Shown: piece after piece, positions 1-10,370 of the stretch
Layout of the letters: every line of letters begins with the position of its first letter
Numbering within the stretch: the first letter of the stretch is position 1
NCBI GenBank assembly: GCA_963833575.1
Contig: CAWHXY010000006.1
Location: 32,001-96,000, forward strand
DNA: 64,000 nt
Source of the DNA: Candidatus Bathyarchaeota archaeon
Lineage (GTDB): Archaea > Thermoproteota > Bathyarchaeia > Bathyarchaeales > Bathycorpusculaceae
Direction: 5' to 3'
Program-made: the position numbers and the translations under genes
The notes under the pieces: model-generated
Databases searched by the model: none
Seen by the model: only the letters and a program-made list of their open reading frames with translations
Told to the model about the DNA's origin: nothing

Positions 1-102
1 TACCTCAATTAATCTTAGGATTTCAGCTCCAAATGCAGACAAAATAAGTAGAAATGTGTGAGAAAGCAAAATCTAAATAACTTAACTTACAAAAGAGAAA
101 AC

Positions 103-372
103 ATGAAACTTCTGCTCGATGAAATGTACGCCGGTTTGAAAGAGTACTTTGAAACCTTAGGCTATGAAGTATTAACAGCTCAAGAAGCAGGCTTAAAAAG
201 CGCAAAAGACCGAGATGTTGTAGAATACGCAGGCAAACACAATTTGATACTCATTACCCAAGACCAAAAATCCGCTGAATTAACAGAGTTGCTGGGTGTC
301 AAATGTATTTTCATTTCTAATTTGATGATTGCCAAGCTAGTTGACGAGAAAATCAAACTGATGTTTAAATGA
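103..372 (+). CDS. DUF5615-family PIN-like protein
   Basis: MKLLLDEM...GLKSAKDRDVVEYA...ILITQD pattern typical of DUF5615/Mut7-C PIN-like domain; ATG at 103 preferred over GTG at 58. Confidence 0.75.
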   Translation: MKLLLDEMYAGLKEYFETLGYEVLTAQEAGLKSAKDRDVVEYAGKHNLILITQDQKSAELTELLGVKCIFISNLMIAKLVDEKIKLMFK

Positions 373-919
373 GGATGTGGCGAAGGTATTTGTTCCACAG
401 GTATGAGGCTGCGTAACCAGCTACGATGCCAGTTACTGGACCCATAAACAGTACCATCGCATCTAGCATGGTGCTTCTTTGAATGAACAAGCCGATGCCT
501 GAGAACTCTTTTGCAAAAGGAATAAACTGAGGAAATAGGGCAAATGCCGAGTAGCTCAATATTCCAATTAGCATTGTGCTAAGTGCCATTACAGCCATCA
601 GCCGGTTGCGATTTACACCTTCGCGGGAACCATTGATTCTGAAAATATACATGAAAGCATCGACCAAGATTCCGAATATAAGTGTGAAGAAAAATGTGAA
701 TGGCCCTAAAGCCGGGTTTCCGATTGCTGTTAGAAGCCCTCCAACAGCACCGACGTATGTGGCACCTACTTTTCTGATGAATAATCCGCTGAGGGCAAGC
801 AGAACTGCTTCAACCACAATTAATACATAATTTAATGGAGGCGGTAAAAAGACGTTAACGACAAAGATGATTGAGCCGAAAAGCGCAGTTAAAATTAATT
901 GGTTAATCTTATGCGTCAT
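365..919 (-). CDS. multi-pass membrane protein, ECF S-component-like
   Basis: 184 aa, about 5-6 hydrophobic helices, 'ILTALFGSIIF' start and 'GIVAGYAASYLW' end typical of S components. Confidence 0.5.
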   Translation of the reverse strand: MTHKINQLILTALFGSIIFVVNVFLPPPLNYVLIVVEAVLLALSGLFIRKVGATYVGAVGGLLTAIGNPALGPFTFFFTLIFGILVDAFMYIFRINGSREGVNRNRLMAVMALSTMLIGILSYSAFALFPQFIPFAKEFSGIGLFIQRSTMLDAMVLFMGPVTGIVAGYAASYLWNKYLRHILI

Positions 920-1097
920 TTGCCCCTCTTTGTATAGGATTCCACTTTGCTCTCTAAAAAGCGTAATGCAAAAAATGTTGAAAATTTGGGTTAACCCGCA
1001 AAGAGCAATGCAGTTAGAGCGACATTTGTTTTAAACAGAAAAGCATAAATTGCAAGGCTGCAATAATGAGTTAACATCCAATATTTGACTTATTAGT

Positions 1098-1871
1098 GTG
1101 AAAAAAGGGGAGTATAGATTGAGCACTCACGCGGAAGATTTGAAACTTCGTTTAATGACAATCGAGCTGTTGCGAACAGCAAAATACAAACGAAATATTA
1201 CTTATCGCGAATTAGCTTCAAAAACAGGCTTGCCAGTCACAGTACTTAGTCGTTACGCAAAAGGCCATGTGCTGCCAAACACAACAAGAGCTAAACAACT
1301 TTGGCGAGTTCTAACCAAAATGGTAGGTTTAGAAGCCGAACTTCGTAGCAGAATAAAATTTGATGACAATGGATACTTTGACAACACAGAAATTGTAGGT
1401 GATTACAACATCCTTTCGCAAGCAGCGAATCATGCACTTGCAAATTTTGCAGGCAAAAGAGTTACCAAAGTTTTGACGGCAGCCGTTGATGGAATTCCGT
1501 TAGCCACCATGGTAGCTAACGCGTTAGGCGTTAACCTTATCGTGGCAAAGCGAAACAAAGAAGTCGGCGTAAAAGCTTTCCTAGACGAAACATTTGTTCT
1601 AGGAAGAGATTCAGGAGTAACAGTAACACTCTACATTCCTAAAGAAGCAATAAAGAAACGCGACAGCGTCCTAATCGTAGATGACATGATTAAAAGCGGC
1701 GAAACACAAGAAGCACTCGTAACGCTTGTCAAGAAATCGAAAGCTGAAGTTTCCGGCATCTTCTCGCTCATCGCTGTCGGAGAAGAATGGAAGAAACGCC
1801 TAAAATCAGGCGAAGATTCCCCAGTTGAAGTAGTTACCGCACTCAAATCGCCCTTAGACTCTTCCAATTAA
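1098..1871 (+). CDS. HTH + phosphoribosyltransferase domain protein (PurR-like/APRT-family regulator)
   Basis: N-terminal HTH (TYRELASKTGLPVTVLSRY) and PRPP-binding motif VLIVDDMIKSGET. Confidence 0.8.
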   Translation: MKKGEYRLSTHAEDLKLRLMTIELLRTAKYKRNITYRELASKTGLPVTVLSRYAKGHVLPNTTRAKQLWRVLTKMVGLEAELRSRIKFDDNGYFDNTEIVGDYNILSQAANHALANFAGKRVTKVLTAAVDGIPLATMVANALGVNLIVAKRNKEVGVKAFLDETFVLGRDSGVTVTLYIPKEAIKKRDSVLIVDDMIKSGETQEALVTLVKKSKAEVSGIFSLIAVGEEWKKRLKSGEDSPVEVVTALKSPLDSSN

Positions 1872-1928
1872 ACCACAAGCCAACATTTTTCTTTTAGTTT
1901 TCTATCAGCCATTTGGAAGCATTATAAA

Positions 1929-2321
1929 TTGAAAATAGGTCATATAACTTTACTAGTCAAAGATTTTGATGAAGCCATAAATTTTTATGTTAAAAAATTG
2001 GGTTTTCAGAAAATCCGAGACGACAAGTTCGAGGGAAGTATGCGTTGGGTTACTGTCTCGCCAAAAGATCAACCGGACATAGCGTTAACATTCGTCTTAG
2101 CAGACACTGAAGAGAAGCTCAAAGCTTTGGGAAAGCAGGCAGGAGACCATGTTTTTATGACTCTATTGACGAATGACTGCAAACGAGATTACCAAACAAT
2201 GAAAGCTAAGGGAGTAAAGTTCTACGGTGAACCTACAAAACAAATGTGGGGCATCGAAGTTGTTTTAGAAGACCTCTACGGCAACCTATACGATTTAGTC
2301 CAACGAGAGTTTAAGCAATAA
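1929..2321 (+). CDS. VOC/glyoxalase-family protein
   Basis: HITLLVKDFDEAINFY...WGIEVVLEDLYGNLYDL. Confidence 0.85.
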   Translation: MKIGHITLLVKDFDEAINFYVKKLGFQKIRDDKFEGSMRWVTVSPKDQPDIALTFVLADTEEKLKALGKQAGDHVFMTLLTNDCKRDYQTMKAKGVKFYGEPTKQMWGIEVVLEDLYGNLYDLVQREFKQ

Positions 2322-2386
2322 CTATCGAAAATCTTTAACACTCCCTTTCAACCTAAGTAAGCCAATAACATTAACAGCTGAGAGTA

Positions 2387-3412
2387 TTGAAAATGCGGAT
2401 GATAAAGTGGCAAAACGGAACCGTCATAACACCAGACCAAACCAAACTTCCCCTTCAAGAAGTGACTTTGGAAATTAATACTGTTGCTCAGATGGCTGAA
2501 GCGATAAAAACTCTTCGTGTTAGGGGCGCTCCATTGCTTGGGGCGGCAGCAGCGTTTGGAGTAGCCTTGGCAGCTTATAATTCAAAAGCAATAAACAAAG
2601 AAAAACTGTTATCTGAGCTTGAGGATGCAGGCTCAATTATTAAGAGTCAACGGCCAACAGCTGTGAACTTGTTTTGGGGCACAGACCGCGTTCTAAACAA
2701 GGCTCGAGCATTTTCAGGAAATGTTGAAGAACTCAAAGCAGTGGTCATCGAAGAAGCAAAAAAAATTGCGGATGAAGATGCGGCTCAGAACCATGCAATT
2801 GGTAAAAACGGTGCCGAGCTCATTAAAGATGGAGATACAATTTTGACGCATTGTAACGCTGGCGAATTGGCAACTGTTGAATATGGCACTGCTTTGGGTG
2901 TTGTTCGTGCGGCTTGGGAACAAGGCAAAAAAATCAAAGTTGTTGCCGACGAAACCCGACCTCTATTGCAGGGTGCGAGGCTCACAGCTTATGAACTTAA
3001 ACGCGACGGTATACCCATCACTTTGATAACAGATAACATGGCTGGTTACTTCATGAGCAAAGGACTTGTCAACAAAGTTATTGTGGGCGCCGACCGCATC
3101 GTTCAAGACGCAGTAGTTAACAAGATTGGCACGTACTCTGTAGCGGTATTGGCTCATGAGCACGGGATACCGTTTTATGTTACAGCGCCAAAATCAACCT
3201 TTGACTTAGCACACAAAGCGTCTGACGTTATTATTGAAGAGCGCAAACCCGAAGAAGTCACCCACATCGGCTCCCAACAAATCGCTCCCGACGGCGTCAA
3301 CGTTATGAATCCGGCATTTGACATTACGCCCTTAAAGTATGTGTCTGCGATAATCTGCGAAACTCAAGTTTACTACAACAAAAATTTTGGTTTGTTCAAA
3401 AAACAGCGTTAA
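2387..3412 (+). CDS. mtnA: S-methyl-5-thioribose-1-phosphate isomerase (eIF2B-alpha family)
   Basis: VRGAP, RPTAVNL, THCNAGELAT.YGTA, ETRPLLQGARLT, GADRI, NKIGT, NPAFDITP motifs. Confidence 0.88.
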   Translation: MKMRMIKWQNGTVITPDQTKLPLQEVTLEINTVAQMAEAIKTLRVRGAPLLGAAAAFGVALAAYNSKAINKEKLLSELEDAGSIIKSQRPTAVNLFWGTDRVLNKARAFSGNVEELKAVVIEEAKKIADEDAAQNHAIGKNGAELIKDGDTILTHCNAGELATVEYGTALGVVRAAWEQGKKIKVVADETRPLLQGARLTAYELKRDGIPITLITDNMAGYFMSKGLVNKVIVGADRIVQDAVVNKIGTYSVAVLAHEHGIPFYVTAPKSTFDLAHKASDVIIEERKPEEVTHIGSQQIAPDGVNVMNPAFDITPLKYVSAIICETQVYYNKNFGLFKKQR

Positions 3413-3444
3413 TTAAGAAAAACCCGGGAAAATTCTTGCGGAGT

Positions 3445-4698
3445 TTATTCCGCTTTTCTATATCTTAAGAGAGCAGCAAAACCGCCCAAAGCCGTAAGCT
3501 GCGCTTTTTCTTTAGAATCAGTAGATATTACCTCGACTCTTGCGTTTGTCTGTGAAGTCGCATCTTCTAACACGTCTATTATGTCTTTCTCCTCCAATTC
3601 ATAATCAAGGGCGCCGCATTTCTCGCAAGGGCTTGAAATCATTTCCTGCACCGCATGAACTTTATCCGATGTACGAAACATCTGCTCTTTTGATAGCCCG
3701 CATTTTTTACAAACTGCAACAGTTTCGACCATATCTATGGTATCTGTCACTAAAGCAACCTCCACTTCACCCTTTTTAATAGCCATCAACACTGGATCAA
3801 ATCCGTAAATGGCTAAGCCGTCCTGCTTGCCAATAGCTGCCATTAGCCGCTGCACAATTCGCCGCTCATCAGGCGAACACATATTTTGCCGTATCTCAGC
3901 TGATTTATCCAGCATCTCCCTCACGCCATCTTTGCCCGCGGATTGCGTATCAACTACAGTCACAACCGAATTTTGAAGCTCATAATTTAGGTAATCGCCC
4001 CTCAAGAAATCTTCTTTAGTGGTGCCTGGACCACCAACAATTAACGCCGTAACTTTATGGTCTTCGAGAAACGCCTTTGCTGCATGCTCCGCAACCCTGT
4101 GGAAAAAATAGGTGACTGACATATCGCGTTCTCTTTCGTATCTTCTTTGGCTTGACCCGCCTTTACCTGACTTTCCATGAATGCCCGAGGCTATATTTTC
4201 AATTAATTCGAATTGTTCACCTTTGATTATTCCGAAACTGGCCTCCTTTGAATCCACGGCAACAAATCCCACATCTTTTTGGTTTCTCAACATTTCTCGC
4301 AGTAGTTCTAAATGGAAGTGGTCGTCAACTTGGTATAGATAAGTGGTTATTGGCGCTGGCGGGATAACTTCTTCGATACTCAAAACATTGTTTTCTAACT
4401 CACTTGCGAATACCCCAGCAAATATCGCTAGCCCATTGGTGGGAACTTGTTTCTGAAGCTTCAGATACTGAAGTAAATTTTTGGTTGCGTCTTCTATGCG
4501 ATTCTTAACGACTTTAACATTTTGAGAAGTTGTAGAGACGCAGTCAAGCTCTTTTTTGAGGGATGCCACAACCTCATCTATGAACGTCTCATGGGGTATA
4601 TATAACGAAATAAACTCGATTCCTCTTCCCTTTTGCTCAGATATGCATGCTATGAGCTTCCTCAGTTTGTGCTGTTTCACGGAATCAGAAGTTGCCAT
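3445..4698 (-). CDS. peptide chain release factor aRF1 paralog, divergent (GGSSQ, no NIKS), C-terminal Zn ribbon
   Basis: GRGIEFISLYIP, NGLAIFAG, YLY...FH, IVGGPG.TK, LGGFAALLRY; ATG at 4698 preferred. Confidence 0.85.
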   Translation of the reverse strand: MATSDSVKQHKLRKLIACISEQKGRGIEFISLYIPHETFIDEVVASLKKELDCVSTTSQNVKVVKNRIEDATKNLLQYLKLQKQVPTNGLAIFAGVFASELENNVLSIEEVIPPAPITTYLYQVDDHFHLELLREMLRNQKDVGFVAVDSKEASFGIIKGEQFELIENIASGIHGKSGKGGSSQRRYERERDMSVTYFFHRVAEHAAKAFLEDHKVTALIVGGPGTTKEDFLRGDYLNYELQNSVVTVVDTQSAGKDGVREMLDKSAEIRQNMCSPDERRIVQRLMAAIGKQDGLAIYGFDPVLMAIKKGEVEVALVTDTIDMVETVAVCKKCGLSKEQMFRTSDKVHAVQEMISSPCEKCGALDYELEEKDIIDVLEDATSQTNARVEVISTDSKEKAQLTALGGFAALLRYRKAE

Positions 4699-4941
4699 CT
4701 GGCATCCATGAAAATGCAGTATTTCGTTAGCCCCCAAAATTTTACACCTTAACATTCAGTTATAGCGGAACCTAATTTATTAGTTTTCCAGAATTAGAAC
4801 CAATTGTTTTTAACATTAAAGAAATTGCAAACTGGTTTCTTGCAGACTATATTACTATATTATGTGTAAATGGTTTCCATCCAAGCATAATGTTAAAGAG
4901 TTAACAAGTCCAAAAAGAAGCCTATTGCGGTTGTTTTGTTA

Positions 4942-5493
4942 ATGAGCGACACCAAAAAAACCCAACCTCCAGAATTCAGGACCAGCGGTACTTTAGCGAA
5001 AAAAGGCGTTGTTGTGGCTGAGCAGAGCAGTATTGATGCACTTACCGCTCGAGGATATGGCACGTTAGAGGATAAGATTTTCAAGCTTACTTTCTTCGAA
5101 GCATTGTACCTAATAGATAAGGGAATGCTTGAAGTCAAAGATGAAAATGGCAAAATTGAAGATTTTCAAAGTTTGCTACACTGCTATGAAACGCAGAATG
5201 AGAATGCTTGGGTAAGCTACATGGTTTACCGTGATTTGAGGAGTCGTGGTTATGTTGCACGGGAAGGGTTTGGAGCTGGAATTGACTTCCGAATGTACGA
5301 ACGTGGAGCTTATGGAAAGGATACTGCGCCGTATTTGGTTTTAAGTATGCAAGAAGGTAAACCTCTCGGCATAGATGAATTAGCAAACGCTACTCAGCAG
5401 TGTCAAAACCAAAAGAAAGAGCTAACCTTAGCTGTCATGAACCGTCGAGGCGAAATAGTCTACTATTCAGTCTCCCAATTAACGTTCAAATAA
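4942..5493 (+). CDS. endA: tRNA-splicing endonuclease subunit, probably structural
   Basis: LTFFEALYL, VYRDLRSRGY, DFRMY, ELTLAV...GEIVYYSV; catalytic Tyr and His positions not conserved. Confidence 0.8.
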   Translation: MSDTKKTQPPEFRTSGTLAKKGVVVAEQSSIDALTARGYGTLEDKIFKLTFFEALYLIDKGMLEVKDENGKIEDFQSLLHCYETQNENAWVSYMVYRDLRSRGYVAREGFGAGIDFRMYERGAYGKDTAPYLVLSMQEGKPLGIDELANATQQCQNQKKELTLAVMNRRGEIVYYSVSQLTFK

Positions 5494-5504
5494 AGGTGAA
5501 AAAC

Positions 5505-6305
5505 ATGGTGCATATAGGGTATAATTGGAATGCTCAGGATTACGCCAAAAACAGTCAAAACCAGTTCCAATGGGCTCAAGAGCTAATTCCAAAACTAAAA
5601 CTTAAAGGAAACGAATCATTGCTAGACATCGGTTGTGGCGACGGAAAAATCACTGCCGAACTAGCTCGTTGCCTACCCAAAGGCAGGGTAATCGGAATTG
5701 ACAGCTCAGAAAAAATGATAAATCTAGCAAGAAACAATTTTCCCAAAAAAGATTACCCAAACCTTACTTTCCAAGTAATGGATGCGCGAAAACTAACTTT
5801 CCAATCTGAATTTGACAGGGCATTTTCTACCGCCGCATTACATTGGATTCTTGACCAAAAAGCAGTCCTTGCCGGCGTACAAAAAAGCCTAAAATCGGGC
5901 GGCAGGCTGCTGTTTCAGATGGCTGGAAAAGGCAACGCTAAAGACATACTCAGCCTCATAAACGAACTAATAATTGTAGAGCCATGGAAGGGATTTTTCC
6001 AAGGCATGACGTTTCCCTATGGCTTCTACGACCCAGAAGAATATAATGCGTACCTGCAGCAAGCGGGTCTGTTGACAGAACGGGTTGAACTTTTTCCCAA
6101 AGACATGAAATTTAATGACGCAGAAGGCTTAGCTGGATGGGTACGGACGACATGGTTACCTTTCACCGATCGAATTCCAGCAGAGCTTAAACCAAAATTC
6201 GTAGAACTAATCGTTAACAGCTATCTCCAAAAGCACCCAGCTGACGCGGCAGGCATCATTCATGTTGGAATGATGCGCATAGAAGTACAAGCACACAAAC
6301 CGTAA
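5505..6305 (+). CDS. class I SAM-dependent methyltransferase (Tam-like)
   Basis: WNAQDY, LLDIGCGDG, FSTAALHW. Confidence 0.85.
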   Translation: MVHIGYNWNAQDYAKNSQNQFQWAQELIPKLKLKGNESLLDIGCGDGKITAELARCLPKGRVIGIDSSEKMINLARNNFPKKDYPNLTFQVMDARKLTFQSEFDRAFSTAALHWILDQKAVLAGVQKSLKSGGRLLFQMAGKGNAKDILSLINELIIVEPWKGFFQGMTFPYGFYDPEEYNAYLQQAGLLTERVELFPKDMKFNDAEGLAGWVRTTWLPFTDRIPAELKPKFVELIVNSYLQKHPADAAGIIHVGMMRIEVQAHKP

Positions 6306-6321
6306 AACCAATCTCTGTTTC

Positions 6322-6921
6322 TCATGCACGTTGGTTTTTGTTTTTTCCATTAAAATCGTTTAAGAGGGTTAGTTCGTTTTCTGTGATGCCTGCTTGTCGC
6401 AGTTTGGCGATGCATACGTGGTATTGTTTTTCTGTGAATTTTGTAGGCTTGACGGCTTCACTTGTGGTTGAGCTGGTGAAGTGGTAGGTTTCTTTAGCAG
6501 TTCTACCCTTCTTCAACGTAGAACGCTGTTTTTTGAATCGAATCAGGGAAGGGCAGTCTTCAGTCAGCATACCAAAGGTAGTGTTGGGGAAAAGCCGACA
6601 GCCCTCAGGTCGGATCTCGTAGATGGAGCAAGCCTTGTTAACCAGAAACGGGCATGATACTTGCGCAGTGTGTCGGTCATATTTTGTTTCGTCTGCTTCC
6701 CACATTTTGCCAAGCTCTTCAAATAGGGCTTTTACTTTGGCGTGGACTTGTGGTTGCTCTTCAGGTTTGGCAGAGATTTCCCCCGCAGTCAAGAAATCTT
6801 CCAATTTACAACAAACGCCACATTTGATGCAGGAAAAAGGCAAGTTAATCGACCATTTACTTTTCTTATTTTTGAATTCCAAATGCACATAGAACGTGTC
6901 AATCATGGTCAAACTCCTCAT
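6322..6921 (-). CDS. YkgJ-family Cys-cluster protein
   Basis: CIKCGVCC...CPFL...CSIYEIRPEGCRLFP. Confidence 0.85.
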   Translation of the reverse strand: MRSLTMIDTFYVHLEFKNKKSKWSINLPFSCIKCGVCCKLEDFLTAGEISAKPEEQPQVHAKVKALFEELGKMWEADETKYDRHTAQVSCPFLVNKACSIYEIRPEGCRLFPNTTFGMLTEDCPSLIRFKKQRSTLKKGRTAKETYHFTSSTTSEAVKPTKFTEKQYHVCIAKLRQAGITENELTLLNDFNGKNKNQRA

Positions 6922-7042
6922 CCTATCTTAGTCGGTTAATAATTGTCAATTACTAATTATATAGTTGGTAGATTTTAGCGATAGTTTAATAGAATAATTG
7001 TACCTTCTTAATTGAAGTTTAACAGGCAAGGAGAAAAATTGC

Positions 7043-8317
7043 ATGCCCGCTTTCCAAACGGTTCGTGGAATGAGAGATTTAATCGGTGAAGAAGCACAAA
7101 CCTTCACGTTCATTATCGCTAAAGCGCGAGAAACTGGCCTGCTTTACGGTTACAAAGAAGTAATAACGCCAGTAGTTGAACCGCTTGAACTTTTATCTGC
7201 GAAGTCAGGTGAAGAAATTCGTCAGCGCATGTTTATTTTCAAAGACCTCGGCGACCGCCAAGTAGCTTTGCGACCAGAATTTACTGCTTCAATCGCACGT
7301 CTAGCTACGACAGCTCTAAAAAATGAGCCCAAGCCGCTCAGGCTTTTTTCTGTTGGAAGCGTTTATCGCTATGATGAGCCTCAACGTGGGCGATATAGGG
7401 AGTTTTGGCAGTCAAATTTTGAAATAATGGGTTCGAACAGGCCTGAAGCTGATGCAGAGATCGTTTTGTTAACTAACAGTTTGATGAAAGGTTTAGGCTT
7501 GCAAGGCTATGCTTTCAAAATCGGGCACATAGGTGTTGTACGAGGCATACTTTCCCAAGAGAACGTGGATGAAAAAACCCAGAATGCAATTCTCCAACGG
7601 ATGGATAAGAAGGAGTATGAGGAAGCGTTTAAGCTAGCGCCGACCGACAATTGCCGGCTTGTGCTGGAAGGATTACTGAAACTAAAGGGCAACGATTGTT
7701 TTGAGACAATTGAAAAAATAAAAAACTATGTCGCTGGTTACGAGAAAGCTAAGGCTGCCGCAGAAAACCTTGGCGAAATCCTCAAGCTAATAGTCGAGAG
7801 TGGCTGCCCCGTTCAAGTTGTTGAACCCGCATTTGCCCGTGGCTTAGAATATTATACAGGGATGATTTTTGAAATCTACATTCCCCAATTAGACATTGCA
7901 CTTGGCGGTGGAGGCAGATATGATAGGCTTATCGAATTATTTGGCGGGGAACTGACGCCGGCGGTTGGTTGTGCACATGGGATTGACCGTGTTGCACTTG
8001 CCCTGCAAACGCAAAAAACAGAAATCGCAACTAAGGGCGAAAAGAGAATTCTTGTTCTCTCGGTGAATGATGCTTTAAAAGTTCAGGCACTAAAGATTGC
8101 TCAAATACTCAGGGCCTCGGGAGTTATTGTGGAGTTCGAAATTATGGGTCGAAAGATGGCGAAGGCGCTGGAAGATGCGGATAAACGAAAAGTCGACTAT
8201 GCCGTGATTGTTGGCGAACGGGAGTTAAAAGAAAGCGGTGTGATGTTGAGGAATTTAGCGAAACGAGAACAAACAATTGTTCCGATTAAAGAATTATCAG
8301 AAAAAATCAAAAGTTAA
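7043..8317 (+). CDS. hisS: histidine--tRNA ligase
   Basis: RGMRD, LRPEFT, YRYDEPQRGRYREFWQ, ARGLEYYTG, GGGRYD. Confidence 0.96.
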   Translation: MPAFQTVRGMRDLIGEEAQTFTFIIAKARETGLLYGYKEVITPVVEPLELLSAKSGEEIRQRMFIFKDLGDRQVALRPEFTASIARLATTALKNEPKPLRLFSVGSVYRYDEPQRGRYREFWQSNFEIMGSNRPEADAEIVLLTNSLMKGLGLQGYAFKIGHIGVVRGILSQENVDEKTQNAILQRMDKKEYEEAFKLAPTDNCRLVLEGLLKLKGNDCFETIEKIKNYVAGYEKAKAAAENLGEILKLIVESGCPVQVVEPAFARGLEYYTGMIFEIYIPQLDIALGGGGRYDRLIELFGGELTPAVGCAHGIDRVALALQTQKTEIATKGEKRILVLSVNDALKVQALKIAQILRASGVIVEFEIMGRKMAKALEDADKRKVDYAVIVGERELKESGVMLRNLAKREQTIVPIKELSEKIKS

Positions 8318-8349
8318 AAAACGATTAGACTGCACAAAATATCCAGCTG

Positions 8350-8658
8350 CTACTTTAGCTCCACAACAAGCAGATCAATTACTGTGCCACCGATGTTTGT
8401 AACTTCATGGTCTTGTTCATCTAAGAAAACCGCTTTGCCTTCTACTAAATTCATTTCTTGAGTTTTTCCCTGAGAAGTAAATTTCGCGATACCGCCTTTC
8501 AGTACATACGCCATGTGTTGCGGATGATGATGCATTTTAGCAGTGTCACCTGGGTTGAAAGTGACTTTTAGCACACGCATTCGGTCATTTTCATTAATAA
8601 AAGCGTAAACGTTTGGAGCGGCAACTAAAGGGTCAGATTGCTTTTTCATTTCCGTCAT
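8350..8658 (-). CDS. cupin-domain protein
   Basis: ENDRMRVL...PG...MHHHP...HEVTNIG...VVELK. Confidence 0.8.
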   Translation of the reverse strand: MTEMKKQSDPLVAAPNVYAFINENDRMRVLKVTFNPGDTAKMHHHPQHMAYVLKGGIAKFTSQGKTQEMNLVEGKAVFLDEQDHEVTNIGGTVIDLLVVELK

Positions 8659-8770
8659 TAAAATTACCTCTAATCAAAGTTAAGTATTCTACGAAATAAG
8701 ACATTGTGACTGCATCTTGAAATAACATTAAACAGATAAAAACAAAGAAAGAAAAATAAGCCGTTTGGGC

Positions 8771-10135
8771 TTAGAGTCGTTTTATGTAGCGGTTGACTTC
8801 CCACTCGGTCACTTGGGTGCGATAGAGATCCCATTCTCTACGTTTTTCAGTCAAGAAGTTGATATATGCTGTTTCGCCAAGTGTTTCGCGTATTAAATCG
8901 CTGGTTTCCAACTCATCTAGCGCTTCTTTCAGTGATTCTGGCAACGAAACGATGTTTCGTTCCTTACGTTCTTCATATGTCATGTGGTAAACGTTTAGCT
9001 CCACTGGATCGCCTGGGTCAATTTGGTTTCTAATACCATCTAACCCAGTTGCTAGTAACACTGCAAATTGTAGGTATGGGTTTCCTGCGCCGTCTGGGCA
9101 TCGGATTTCGCATCTTGCTGCATTTTTTCTTCCGCCAAAGTTTGGAACACGAATAAGCGGTGAACGATTTTTGTGTGCCCAAGCAAGATATACTGGTGCT
9201 TCGTAGCCGGGGACTAATCGTTTGAAGCTGTTTGGCCATGAATCAAGGATTGCGCACATTTTTCGACCGTGAGCTAGTTGTCCACCGATAAAGTTTCTTG
9301 CCAAATCTGAAAGGTATCCGTTCTTTTCATCGTCTTCATAGAAGAGGTTTTGAGATACATTTTTGTTCCAAAGGCTCATGTGAGTATGCATACCTGAACC
9401 ATTTATGCCCGCAAATGGCTTAGGCATGTATGTGGTGATGTAGCCGTTTCGAGCACCGACTACTTTTCCACACATTTTCATTGTAATCGTTCTGTCAGCT
9501 GTTTTCAATGCTTCGTCATATTTGAAGTCAATTTCGTTTTGGCCAAGTGCAACTTCGTGATGTGAAATCTCTATTTCTATTCCGAAAGCTTCGGCAGTAT
9601 CAGCAATTTCTCGCCGCAAGTCGTCTGTTAAGTCACCTGGGTGAAAATCGAAGTAGCCAGCCATGTCTATTGGTGTGGGCAAGCCGCCAGTTTCGCTTTC
9701 TTTTACTATGAAGAATTCTAGTTCAGGAGCGCAGATGAATGTGTAACCTGCTTTTGCTGCTTTCTCTACAGCTCGTTCAAGAACGAATCGTGGATCTCCG
9801 TCAAAGCGTTTATTCTGCGGAGTGTAGATGTCGCACAGTAACCTTGCGGAAGATTTTTCTTTTGGTCGCCAAGGTAAAACCGCAAATGTAGTTGGGTCTG
9901 GGTACAGCACCATGTCTGATTCTTCAATTGGTCTATAGCCTGTTATAGAAGAACCATCGAAGGATTGGCCATTTTCAAAAATGGTTTCAATGTTTTTTGC
10001 GCTTACTGCTAAATTCTTTAGCATACCATTAATGTCGGTAAATTGAAGTCTGATGAATTTTATTTCTTGTTCTTGTATTTGCTGAATTACTTTTGTAACA
10101 TTTTCTTTCCATGTCGCGTCTTTGAAATTTTTCAT
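8771..10135 (-). CDS. glnA: glutamine synthetase type I (alpha-like)
   Basis: FDGSSI, ELEFF, HHEVA.GQNEI, MPKP, GSGMHTH, RLVPGYEAP, NRS, EIRCPD. Confidence 0.88.
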   Translation of the reverse strand: MKNFKDATWKENVTKVIQQIQEQEIKFIRLQFTDINGMLKNLAVSAKNIETIFENGQSFDGSSITGYRPIEESDMVLYPDPTTFAVLPWRPKEKSSARLLCDIYTPQNKRFDGDPRFVLERAVEKAAKAGYTFICAPELEFFIVKESETGGLPTPIDMAGYFDFHPGDLTDDLRREIADTAEAFGIEIEISHHEVALGQNEIDFKYDEALKTADRTITMKMCGKVVGARNGYITTYMPKPFAGINGSGMHTHMSLWNKNVSQNLFYEDDEKNGYLSDLARNFIGGQLAHGRKMCAILDSWPNSFKRLVPGYEAPVYLAWAHKNRSPLIRVPNFGGRKNAARCEIRCPDGAGNPYLQFAVLLATGLDGIRNQIDPGDPVELNVYHMTYEERKERNIVSLPESLKEALDELETSDLIRETLGETAYINFLTEKRREWDLYRTQVTEWEVNRYIKRL

Positions 10136-10370
10136 TTTCTTTCACCTAACGTTAAGCGTTTGATTAACTGTTTAGTTAATAGGGCTCTTTGGGTAAATAT
10201 ATCTAATGTTTAGCAACCGTCTCGGAGAAACTCATATTTTTACAAAATATCTTATTTTCTTCAGACGCGCAATGTAGCCATTTTCTAAAATTACGAATTC
10301 AACTCGAAATAGCAAGGCTTAAAGAGGAAACAGCTGTTAGAGAGATAACTGGTGAAGACAAATAAGTTAC

